Below are positions 12,685 through 24,566 of a stretch of DNA of 64,000 nt, one piece after another. The stretch is from Takakia lepidozioides (Eukaryota; Plantae; Bryophyta). The notes below the pieces were generated by a model. It saw only the letters and a list, made by a program, of their open reading frames with translations. It was not told the DNA's origin and did not search any database. The DNA is taken from positions 12,276,001 through 12,340,000 of the forward strand of contig CM060732.1 of the NCBI GenBank assembly GCA_030704615.1. The letters are read 5' to 3'. Position 1 is the first letter of the stretch, and each line of letters starts with the position of its first letter. A program made the translations under genes and the position numbers.

Positions 12685-15600
12685 ATGACGAGGCGTCGTT
12701 TGTTGGAGAACACAGGGCCAAGGCAGCAGGTGAACGCGGAGACTGATTCACAAGAGCAGACGGGAGACTGAGGCAGCGACTGTGACACAGTCGGCGATAA
12801 GAGTGCGCCAGCCTGTGGAGGCAGAGATAATTCGCAGGGACACTGAAGGAGGTGGAAGCACTCGGAACGCCGAACCGGGAGAAGGTCAAGAAACCCTAGC
12901 GCAGACAGAAATTCCAGCAGATGTGAAGGGAAGAGGAAAGCTGCAGAAGGGGATCAAATTTCAAAACCTAAGAAGGTGCCAGTAAGTTTTATCTAACTTA
13001 CATTTCATTGTTGAAGATATGCGTAGAGATTGAGTGGAATGTCCCAGACAGGGATTGTCGATACCGACCATCACAAAGGTGATTTGCTTTCTACTCAAGG
13101 GTTTATCTATCGGTTCATTCACTGAGATCATACAGTCCTGATTGCCTTTCAAGGAGTCCTTCCTCTTCCCTTCTTTAGCAGGAACTACTGAATTGCGAGC
13201 GTCGTTAACGCCATTCGATTCTCCTCATGAGATTTATGTACCTATGTGTTTGAAGAGAGAGTCTGCACTTACGAACTACACTGAATGTCGTTGCCGCCAA
13301 TCAGTTGCACATATATGTCATTACACAACACCGGCAGGGTGATTGTCGTTAACGATCGCTAAGTTTTGTTTTGAATACGGCAGTATCAGCTTTGCTTGTG
13401 TAGATTGTGCTGAATTCTTTCACACCATTCATGGTGAGTTTCCTTGAGACAGAGTGATGGTCGTGTTTTTCACTATTTGCAAATCACTCAGTCAGAACTG
13501 AATGGCATCGTGCAGAAAACTGTGAGGTCGAAGCCTACAGGATCAGAGGGGAAAGGATCTGGAGATGGGGACGAGTCCGCAAAAAGCTCAGAGAATACAG
13601 ATGAAGCAGATGAATCCGAAGTGCACTACCTTGACAAGGTGAAAGAACTCATGTCATTCCAGAAGGTAAACTCTCAGGAGGTTATAAGGGACATGCTCGT
13701 ATCTGGAGGGCGTCTGGACATACCTCTGTGCCGGATGATATCAATGCCTGTTGTGCGTCCACCTCTTTCCCATGACATAACAAAATTGGAGAGTGATTTT
13801 GTGCATGGATATAGACTTGGTGCACAAGTTTTTTATGTGTCACTGACGGATATAAATGGGAAAAGCACATTAGTGTCTCCAGAGATCAGTGATAACTGGG
13901 ATGAGTGCTGGAAAGATGCCAATGAGGAGTTCGAGCTGGGCCTCATGATGGGAAAGAACACCCAGCAATTCTGCAACCACATGTTCTACGTCTGGGACGG
14001 CAACCACCGATTGCTGGCATGGATGGGATACATTCAGAAACACCATGCGAAAGACAAAGACAAGCATGTTGCTGTGGAGGCAATGGTTTTGGATCCTGGA
14101 AACGACATCGCTAGGCTTCTTACAGCTATGCACGACGTGAACAAGTAAGTCATCCAGGAGATTTCATTCCCTCTGTAGTGTCTTATTAATCCTCAAAAAA
14201 CAGTGTTAAGGAATGCAATGTTTCCAATGTTTTTGCAGATCGACAGAGAAATCGCATGTGACAACAAGCTTGGTTCACACACTATTCCGAATTCAGAGGA
14301 TTGGTCTGATGAAGCTGGATGATTTTCGGACAGTACTACCACCCAATATCATCAAGAAGTGCGAAACAGGAAGAGCTGCAGGCACTTGGTATTCTTTGAC
14401 ACGAGAGGCGTTTCTGGAGTACATGTATGCGGTAAGCCCGAGTCTGTACTCTGTTTACTTTTCGAATACATGTTTGTAGTCCCTTCGGAGCTAATCACTA
14501 CTTGAATCAATGCAGCAAGAACTGGCAGAGGCAGCTGAGAAGGGAAAATCCGAATATTACCGCACTACACCAGAGAACTAAGGACATCAAAGGGTGTGGA
14601 AGCTGCAATAAAGAAGGAGTTTGAAATGCGAAGAACCAAATTGATGTCCGCCTTCGGAAAGCAGCTTAGAATAGTAGATCCTGGACTTGGTCCTGAGTTC
14701 CTTCAGCAGATCAAAACACACTATGACAAGCATGTGCATCCGGAGATGCAGCAGGAGAAATTGCACCGGCTGGCCATATCGATGGTCGACCCACAAACAA
14801 AAAAAGGTGGCTGGAGATATGGAACTCAGATCAAACAGTAAAGGACTTGAATCAGTTCCCAAAGAGCAGCCTGCACAAAGGTGGAAGGAATCAGTGATTT
14901 GGTGTTTGATAACTGGCTCCACAAGGCTACATTTTGGAGTCAGGTGTGTATTCTGCTGTTTTCTTCTCTTCAAGTATGTGATGAGTATCTTTTTGCAATT
15001 CTGACAAATATACTATTTGCAGCTCGAAAAGCGCGCCGTCATTGTGCTGGATCAGACTTTGAAGGACCTGAACATTTCGATTGTTTCCCCTCCCCAAATG
15101 TCATTGGAGGCATACATAAGGAAGTGGAGAGGTCTCACCTGGAGATACTGTTTTTTCCGGGAGTTCTCCAAAGATGGTAACATTTTACGGTCCAACGACT
15201 TTGACAGTCAGGTTGGAGGAGAGTGGGCCATGATGCGAGTTGTGTACAGGTGCAATGTCATACTTGAAACTCTACTGTTTTTTTTGGGAAAAATGTGGCT
15301 TCATATGGATTGCAATCTTAGATCCAGATTGAATGTCGTTGACGACATTCACTTCTTTGTCTGAGTCATTCTTAAGCGAGTATATGAATTCACCTGGTTA
15401 GGATCTAAGGGTGCAATTATATTGTCCCTGATTAGAATTGATAATGTCCTTGAATGGCGTTGACGACATTCACATACGGAGTTGTTGAGAGGTCCTCAGT
15501 TATTAAATTTTTGTAATGTCCATAGAGGTTACAGTGAGGGTTCCTCACTTCATTTTGCTGAATGTCAATGCAGACATTCAGTTGTTCTGCATTGTTTTTG

Positions 15601-18060
15601 CCTCTTGCGAGGAATCTGGAGGCTTGATAAGCTCTGTTTTGAGAAATCCAAAGTGAATGTCGTTGACGACATTCACTGCTGTGTCTGTATTATTCAACAG
15701 CGACAAATTCAATTTACATGGATTGGGAGCTAAGTAATTGGTTTCTTTTTGGTATTTTTGTGAATGGCGTTGACGCCATTCACATACAGTGATGTTGTGA
15801 GGTCCTCAGTGATATGTTCGTTATGAATGTGCATTGAGTTTTCCTGGAGGGTTCCTTACTCGATTTTTTTTGATTTCCATCCTGTGATTTTGCTTCATTT
15901 AAGTATAATTTGGCTTCATTCTTCACTTCTATGTCTGACGACATTCACTTCTATGTCTGTGTCATTCTAAACGATATTTTGCATTCACCTGGATTAGGGT
16001 GTATTTACAGTATCATTGAATGGAATGTTTTGAATGGCGTTGACGACATTCATATCTGGAGCAGTAGTGTGGTCCTGAAAGGTCCTTGGAGCAGTCAGAG
16101 CCATTTCAATCTATGTTTTTTTTCTTCTGTTCTACTTGCATCTTACTCACTGAGCGCTTTTGTGGGTTGGGATTTATCTCCTTTTTTCAGGTACACGAAA
16201 TATGTGCTTATGGAAGGAAATCACCTGAGCGGAATTCCCGACTATCTTGACATGTGGTCGGACCCTGCAAACGATCCAACCATGTATACTGCAGGGATAT
16301 TGAAGGACTGGAGTCCTTCTCACTTCAGAGACTGTGGGTGGTACCTTGACTGCCCACCTGAGCACACGACCTTTCAAGAACAGCATATGAAATACTTGAA
16401 CAATAACGCTGAGATGCTGGCGCCTTTGACTGACGAAGAGTATCAACGAAACATAGCAACATTGGCTGCCAAGGAGCCTGATGCTCAGGGAACGCCGCAG
16501 AAGGGAAAGAAGGCGGGCCGCAAACCAAAAGACAAGGCTGTTGATGTCATAGCCATCTCACCAGCAAAGCCAAAGGACAAAGACAAGTCCAAAGAGAAGG
16601 AAAAGGACAAGGGGAAGGAGAATGAAAAGGAGATGGAGAGTGGGCAGGACTTTACTGCTGGAAGATATACCCGCACTCTTCAGTGCGTGTTCGATGCCAA
16701 GCCACACCCTTCCCGTTCTGATTCAGCAGGAGAGATGAAAATTGTTAATGAGGGTTGGCTTTCGATGATGCAGAGTCGAAAGAGAGGATACACTGGGGTG
16801 CCATCCCCTACCTGGGACAATATAATCTCATTCCTCAATCTGGTGAGAATTCCAGTTTCTTTCCTTTTTCTCTGAAAGTTTCGTTGGCAGTATTTCAGTC
16901 TCGTTCTTTGAAAACATTCTTGCCATCGTTCTTATAAAAAACATGTCTGTTGCAGGTGAGCACAGGTCCCACCTTCGTGTGCGGTGTGCAGAAAACTTAT
17001 GCGGCCGACATTGTCATTCTCGACATCCCGGATGGCCAGGCTGTGCCAGAAGTTCTTCCAAAGGGCAAGACGCCAGGCTGGAACAAATTCGAGGACAACT
17101 ACTGGAGTTGGGTGTTCGGGTTCTGTAACAACTTCCTCTCTGATGCAGGGACACTTCTGCTTTTTCAGTCATGTGACAATGATAGTCGTCGGGCATTGGC
17201 ATCATACCTCAAGTCTTCAGGGTTTGAAGTTTTGCGCACATGGAATTGTGTGAACAGCCTCTACCTTGTGAAAGGGGGTTTCCCTGGTCAGCTGGTATGC
17301 CGTCTCCCTTCTGCTTGTGCTTTGATCATGAGTTTCAATTTTCTCTGCTCCACTCTAGTAGAATGTGTTATGATCGACACCGATCATCACCGATTCATGA
17401 TTTTTTTGTGTCAGAGTTCTGAATAGCCGATGTACACACTTCCACTTAGATTGTGTTTACCACACTAACCTGCTATCTTTGGCAGACGAGGATGTTCGAG
17501 GCGATCTGCCTGCGGAGGATTCGCACATCAAAGACACCATCCTCCATCCGCAGCTTTGAGATTTCTGACCAGGGTTGTTTCGTCAACCCCCCCTATGAGC
17601 CCCATGTCGATGACATTTTGTACAACTTCATGCAGTCCAGTCAGACTCTGAAGAGACCAGATGGCACTCCCTGGAGAGGTGCAAAGGAAAAGTCCCCAGC
17701 ATTCATGCAAATACTGCTGGAGTCATGCAGCCACCGCTCTGCACGGGTGGTCGATCTTTCTGTGTCCACAGGTTCGTTTTTTCCCTTCCGAATTGGTTTC
17801 CTTTCAACAGTTTCATCTGCTTAAATCCCCCCCTCCAAACTGTTCATGTTCTCCTGTCTGGTGCAGGAGCAACTTACCACGCATGCAAGGCAGGCGGAAG
17901 AAGCCTTTTTGGCATGGAGGGTGATTCTGACCTCTACAACACAGTGCTCCTCCCCCTTTTGTCTGGCTCCACTTCAGGCACACAGACTGATCGGATTCAA
18001 ATTCGAAATGATGACGATCCCGAAGATAAGCAGGTCGACAACGACTTTTCATGTGAGTAA
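12685..18060 (+). CDS. Spliced gene: ParB/Srx-like domain, helical region and beta-class amino-DNA-methyltransferase-like domain (element D); start codon approximate
   Basis: FYVWDGNHRLLAW (~13984-14022); ADIVILDIPDG (~17004-17036); WRGAKEKSPAFMQILLESCS...VVDLSVSTG|ATYHACKAGGRSLFGMEGD. GT-AG introns at positions shared with C and E, e.g. 15250-16190. Confidence 0.75.
15330..16052. repeat. Dispersed palindrome TGAATG(T/G)CGTTGACG(A/C)CATTCA, about 6 copies in an intron of D
   Basis: Copies at 15330, 15451, 15654, 15761, ~15931 (partial) and 16031. Degenerate copies at ~13200-13360. Confidence 0.9.
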
Positions 18061-18949
18061 GTGCTAAACCCTCTTTGGGAGTCATACTCAATTTCTCGAT
18101 AACATCAAAGTTACAGTAATAACTTTTTCAGGCTGTCTTTCAGGAAAGGCAGCGGTGGATCTTCAGGAGATACAGTCATTTCTGGCGAGTCTGTTTTCGA
18201 CAGCCCCTTTCCAATTTTCTGCTTCCTGTTTATGCCGAAGCAATGGCACTTCACGCGGCCGAGTCCCTATCCCCTGACTTTTTAGTGGCCAGCCGTAGGT
18301 GTATCCAGCGTGGATCCGGTGTTCTAAAACTTAGACTTAGATGCAGAGGAAGCGGGGATACATTGTACTGACTCTGAGTCAGACTGAACTGTATTCTTTT
18401 AATATTCATTTTCATATTATCTGGAAAACGTTGAATCCCCTTCCTCCACCGTAGTTGTTCCTTTAGAACAAATAATAATCACAGAATCAACTTTCATTTT
18501 AAATTGCAATATGTATGAATCCATCTCACAAACCTCCCTGACTCTTCTCATATCCATTGTGCATTCATCTACACTGTATTCATGCGTGCTCCATTCATGA
18601 ATTTTTCCTTTGTACAACATCCATTGTACATTCATCCTCTGTACTCTTTAATCCACCCCACAAACCTTCCACACTCATTTCATATACGTTTGTGCATTTG
18701 TCAAAAGATTTGGTCATGCATCTTCCTGTCATGAATTTTTGTCATTGCTCAACATCCATTATACATTCATCCATTTTACTCTTATCCATCCCTCATTCAT
18801 CCATCTACATTCATTTTTCACACTCATCCATCTGTTTATCATCCAACTGTACATTCATCCATCCTTTATTCAATGCCTTTTATTATGTCGTCCAGCTTTC
18901 GCGGTAAAGGGTGCCAATCCGCGGGAATACACTCCACTTCTTTCTGGGC

Positions 18950-19082
18950 GCGTGGTGACGCGGCCTTCACGTGTGATGACGTGGAGTGAGCCCCGTGACG
19001 TGGCATTTGCGCAAGGTGACGTGGCGTGAGCGCAGTTGCGCTCACGCGCTCACGTGACCAGGCTCACGCCGAGGCATCCCTG
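18950..19082. repeat. Right terminal region of D with repeated GTGAGC/GCTCAC and TGACGTGG motifs
   Basis: Read directly; the same motifs occur at both ends of E. Confidence 0.8.
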
Positions 19083-22000
19083 CCTCAAAGTAGACCTCAC
19101 CCTTGAGATAGGAGTATTGCCTTGCCCGCCTGTTGGCTCTTTTGCTCTCCTCCTTTGTCAGATAGTCATTGACTTCTCCAAAACATAAGAGATGCATAAC
19201 TTCCACATCATCAAGTACATCAGGTTGCCTTTCCTCCTTAACAACTGCTGTATGATTGTCAGAGCTGATGAGAGACCTTTTCCCCCATCTTTCAGCTTCG
19301 CGTAATAGTGACATCTGAGTGGCCTTGGTGGGTGTGCTCCATGGCACCCAGTCCCCTTCATCATCCCTGTTATAAGAAGAAGTGTCTTGTTTGGAACAAT
19401 GTGGCCCATCACTGTCTGAAGAATAAAATGTCTTGGTGGAACACTCACCCCCCATGTTCTCTTCAACTGGCCATTCTGACGAGGAAGTCACCCGAGTTTT
19501 CTTGTTGTTTCTGTGCTTGTAGATTGTTGAAGGAATGGTGTTCTTGCAAGCTTCCCTCTTCATCGTTTGATCGTTCCTTCACAATTTTGCAGACTGGCTG
19601 TACCTTGCTTAGCTCCTGATCACGAGCATGAGATCCTCGGGTAATCACATGGATGGTGGAGGACAAAAGGCCATCAGATCTTCCTCTTCTTTGTTGTTGA
19701 TTGCAGGAACCTCCTTTTTTCCTGCACCCATATCTTTCCAAATACCCTCCCTGACCAGATTGACAGGACTTGATTGATCAATTCCCTTTCCTTGTTTCTT
19801 GGCAGCCAAAGTCTGTGCAGCAAAAGTCACCCTTTTTTCCTCCCCATTTGGCATTGTACCTGGTTTCAGTCCTCCTTTCAATATACCATGAGCCTTGGTC
19901 AACCCTCCACCTGTGGAAAGAGCTATCTATTCCAGGAACGAACTCAAATGAAAAGTCACCAAGCAAATCTATTCCTATGTGGTGCTCTGAGTACAGCCAC
20001 CAATATGGGTCCAGATCTGTTTCTAAAGAAAAATGACTTCCCAACAGTGTTTTTTTGAAATGCCAAAGACCCACACACACATGCATAGTACTCTTCTCTT
20101 TTGCAGATCATTTCCCCTCTTTCACTGCTATACCCCACTTGCCTATGAGCCTCTTCTCTCAACTCCTTCTTACCCTCCTTAAATTGAAATAGATAAGCCT
20201 TGATGGCACCCCTATCCCACTCTAGTTTAAGAAGATAGGCTCCATCCCTCTTCCTTCCTTCCCTTTTCTACTGTATAAAGAAGTAGAGTATACCTCGATT
20301 TCCTCGGTTTCCTCTGCTGGTCCCACTGGATACCTGCTTAGCGCATCTACGTTAGCATGCCTAGCACCTGCCCTATGAACAATTTTAAACTCAAAATCTT
20401 GTAACATCATGATCCATCTACCCCTGCGTCCATATGCGTCACTTACCGTTGCCAACCACTCCAGTGGTTTGTGATCAGTCCTGATTACAAAAGGGTTCCA
20501 TACAGGTACTGCCCTAAAGTGTAATACTCCCCACACCAGGGCATAGCATTCACCTTCCATAGGGTGATATTTGCGCTGAGCATCAGATAGTACCTTACTG
20601 GCGTATGCAATGACCCTCTCCTTTTTATACTCCTTTTGTGACAAGACTGCCCCTACTCCTTTGATGGACCAGTCAACATCCAAGACGAACGGTCTTGAGA
20701 AATCTGGTCTTGCCAGGATGGGAGCAGTTACCAACTTCACCTGTAAGGCAGAAAAGGCGTTTTGTGCCTCTGCACTCCAGATAAACTTCACATCTTTCTT
20801 GGTTAGAGTGAACAAGGGTACTGCCACTCCAGCATATCCTTTGACATAGGGCCTATAGTACCCTGTCATGCCCAAGTAGCTTTTGAGAGGAGTGTGGTTT
20901 TTGGGCAAGGGAAACCTTTCAATAGCAGCTATCTTATCTGGATCAGGCCACGTTCCCTCTTCAGAGATCACATGCCCAAGGAATACCAACTGTAAGTTGG
21001 CAAAGTAACACTTGTCCGGATTGAGCCTAAGATTGGCCTTTCTAACCTTTCTCAGTACTCTCTTTATATGTCCCATGTGATCTCCCCAGTCCTTGCTATG
21101 GATATTGACGTCATCTACAAAAACTTTAGCGCAATCTTTGATTTCTTCTTTGAGCACCCTATTCATTGTTCTCTGAAAGGTAGCAGTGGCATTTTTTAGC
21201 CCGAATGGCATGACTAGCCATTCATACAATCCCTTCTTTGTGATCACTGCTGTTTTGCTTATGTCTCGGTCGTCCATTTTGATCTGCCAAAAACCAATTG
21301 TAAATCCAGCGCAGAAAACCACTTGGCTTTCCCCAACTGGTTTAAAACATCCTGAATTAATGGCATAGGGTAAGAGTCCCTTCTGGTTAAACGGTTTACT
21401 GGCCTAAAATCACCACAAAACCGCTTGGATCCATCTTTTTTTGGTGGAAGGGTAACTGGACACGACCATTCTGAACTACTCTCTCTCATCTTGCCTTGTG
21501 AGATCAAAGTCTCAATTTGTCCTTGTACCTCGTTTTCCTCCCACTCTGATAGGCGGCTGGGACGACTTCTGCAAGGGGGAAAGCCTTGAGTATCAATTGT
21601 ATGTTCCACCTCACTGCAATATCCTAAGTCAGCCTTGCTAAGAGCAAAACATTCCTGATTTGCTTTTAGCTCTTGCTCCAGCTCTTTCCTTTGTTCTGGA
21701 GCGAGCTCTGGGTTGATGTGTAGTCTGGATTTCAGACTTCTCCAACGACTCTCCATTTCTTCCTCTTGACTGGGTTCTAAACTCTTTCCCTCCACCTGGC
21801 TTACAGAGTTAGCTACTCTCTGTCTTTCCTCCTGTGTGACAACCTGATTCCAATCATGGAAATCATCCTCTATTTCTACATTGTTGTTCCCTAGTTCTCC
21901 ATCCCAAGCCTTCTGGTGAGCTTCCTGAATTATAGCGGCAGCCATGCTACGTTGGGTCTCTTCCTGAAGGAGTTTAGACATCCCTTGGTCTTCGAACAGG

Positions 22001-23716
22001 TCCTCCCCTAGGCTGACATCATCTATTATCTCCTCAACATCCTTCAGTACTGTATCTACCTCCTCACTCTCTTCAGAACCTCCCATCTCCTCATCCTTAT
22101 CAGATTTAGAGGTGTCAGAACCTGAGGATCCTTCCTCCGTGTCCTCATACTCTTCCTCTGGCTTTCTTTCTTTCTCCCACAAGCCTAGGTACTGCTCATC
22201 TGACGTCAGGGTTAAGACATTACATGCTGACGTACTGCCTGCATACCGCACTCTGCTCTCGACCCCTCTATGGCAGGCTGTTCTGGTAACTGCAGGCTCA
22301 TTATAATTTATGGTGTGCAAAGGGAAGTGAGCAAAATCCTTTCCTGGCCCATAGCGCACACGAATTGTTTCAGCTTCGGTGTCAACTACAGCGCCAAACT
22401 TTTTGAGAAAGTCTAATCCCAGCAGCATGTGATATGTATCCGTGTTCACCACCATAAAGGACAAACGATTGGTCAGCTCTCCTACTTTGACCTTGATGTC
22501 CTCAAGTCTGCCCATTGCAGTCTCAAGAGCACCAGAGGCTACTTTGTAATTTACATCCTTACTAGTAATGACAGATCCCATCAGACCAAGATCCCTTACA
22601 GTACTTGCGGATATTACTGAGAGCATGGCACCTGTGTCAATCTGGCCTAATACTTGGTAATCTCCCATTGTAATCATCACATGAAGTGCCTTTACTTTAC
22701 CAGTATAAGCATATGAGATTGTGGGTTCAGCGTGTGCTGAGTACAAAGGTCTTGGTACATCCCTCACAACTTCTACACTGTGAGTTGTCTCCCTTTGTTG
22801 TACCATTGCCCTTTCCACCACTTTGACCAGCCCTTTCAATTTGTCTAGCTCTCCGGGCACAGTCATGATTAGGTCCATGGGAGACAACGAGATTCTCCCT
22901 TTGTAGAAGTGGTTCAAGATTCTGGATTTCGTACCTCCTTCTATGGCAGTCTTGAAATTGTTCTTTGGGTAGATTTCACTCTTGGTCCTGCTTGGCTGTT
23001 CACTGCTCTCACTATTCCTTTCTGGTGACCCTGTAGGTTCAACAATCGGACTCTGGACAGGGATACGTGTCCTTGGAAGTCTGACTTCATTGATACTATT
23101 TTGTGACATCAGATTTGTCATTTCTGCGAGTACATTCATCATCATAGAACACATCTACAAAGTTAGTTCCCGGAGTTCCCATCATAGTCTGGTCGAGTTT
23201 TCTACTGCACTCACTCTCTGTATGCCCGAGTAGCTTGCAAAAGTTGCATCTCACACCACACATTTCCGTGGAATGCCCGAACCGGTGACATTTGTCACAC
23301 TTAGCTGGGGTTCTTCCTTCAGGACAATATGCAGCTATGTGACCTTCTTTGTGACAAACATTACAAAGGCGAACACGAGGTGGTGTTCTAGATCCCGAGC
23401 TTTCTCCTATGACTGGTCCCCTATCAAAGTACTTCTGTAGGGTAGTGTTCAGCTGATCAAGTCTTCTGTCCACAGGGTTGACAAACACAACTGACTCATC
23501 TGTATCATCTCTTTCCAATGGCTCTAGAGGTATTTCCCCTAACTTTCCCAGGCCCCTTTCAATCTCAATGGCTGTGTCAAGTGCTTCCTCTACATCAAGG
23601 AAGCGCCTGCCAGCATTACTCTTGCTATTTCTGGTCTCAAACCCGCTGCAAATCTATGCCTCTGTTCCAAATCAGACGCCCCACTTCTTATAAATAACCG
23701 GTTCAACCTATCGAAG
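19083..23716 (-). pseudogene. gag-pol of element B: three Zn knuckles, protease, RT, RNase H, long linker
   Basis: CNVCHKEGHIAAYC, CDKCHRFGHSTEMC, CNFCKLLGHTESEC; QIDTGA; RFCGDFR, MPFGLKNA, FVDD; LDVDWS, EGECYA, RTDHKPL, NVDALSR. Confidence 0.93.
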
Positions 23717-23959
23717 GAGGTTTGCTATTTCATGAGCATGAGCGGCATGAGCGGCATGAGCGGCATGAGCAGAGTAGTAACACAATCGGTTTTCATGAGC
23801 AGAAGTACAAATTTCGAAAATAAAAAACAATAAAAAAATAAAAAACAATAATTTAATGCAATGTGTCAGGAAAAACAAATATATTATTCGGCCCCTTGAA
23901 GGGAAAATTGCACTTTTGACAGTTGTGCTCATGAAATTTCGTCTTCCGCTCATGCCAAT

Positions 23960-24420
23960 TCCCAGCGACATGTGCAAATATGGCGCCGAATTTCGCGGTA
24001 ATAGGGTCCGTAACCTGAAAAAACGGCGGCGTATTTCGCGGCAATAGGTCTGTCTGGCGAAAAATGGTGCCGAATTCCGCGGCTATAGGTCCCCTCATGA
24101 CAGGTAATTCGGCGCCATTTTTCCAGTGCATGTTCGGACTTAGCCAGTTTTCGGCGCAAAATAGGGAAATTTCGGCGCCATTTTTCCAGACACTGTACCA
24201 GTGCATGTTGGGACTTAGCCAGTTTTCGGCCCAAAAAAGAGAAATTCGGCGCCATTTTTCCAGACACGGTACCAGTGCATGTTGGGACTTAGCCAGTTTT
24301 CGGCCCCAAAAAGAGAAATTCGGCGCCATTTTCCCAAACACAGGTACCAGTGCATGTTGGGACTTAGCGAGTTTTCGGCCCCAAAAAGAGAATTTCGGCG
24401 CCATTTTTCCAGAAATGGCC
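23960..24420. repeat. Subterminal ~63-bp tandem array of C with an AATTCGGCGCC core
   Basis: Unit CCAGTGCATGTTGGGACTTAGCCAGTTTTCGGCCCAAAAAAGAGAAATTCGGCGCCATTTTT, repeated. Confidence 0.9.
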
Positions 24421-24566
24421 CCAAACTGCTTCTGTTGGATCTCAGTTTGAATGGAATATTGCCTCATTCCAGGAGTTTGGGGTGCATTTCATTACACTGC
24501 AAAAAAAAAGTCTGATACAGCAAAATGCATTTGAAAATATCCATATGGAGGATTCCGTTTGCCCCA

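Larger units (their letters stand above)
7864..19082. mobile_element. Element D: Mutator-like DNA transposon with transposase plus ParB/MTase gene; left terminus truncated
   Basis: Right end ...CCAGGCTCACGCCGAGGCATCCCTG aligns with E's terminus. Left edge CCACGTCACC...CCTATAACCGTGG matches E about 135 bp inside its end. Inserted in B pol. No TSD recoverable. Confidence 0.85.

Noticed and set aside
12685-18060. Bacterial or phage contamination explaining the ParB-MTase gene
   Set aside because: The gene has multiple GT-AG introns at conserved positions, and its homologues in C and E lie in TSD-flanked elements nested in plant-type retrotransposons.
18480-18880. CATTCATCC-rich stretch in D as a structured repeat or ORF
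   Set aside because: Low-complexity, with no clear period or protein motif.
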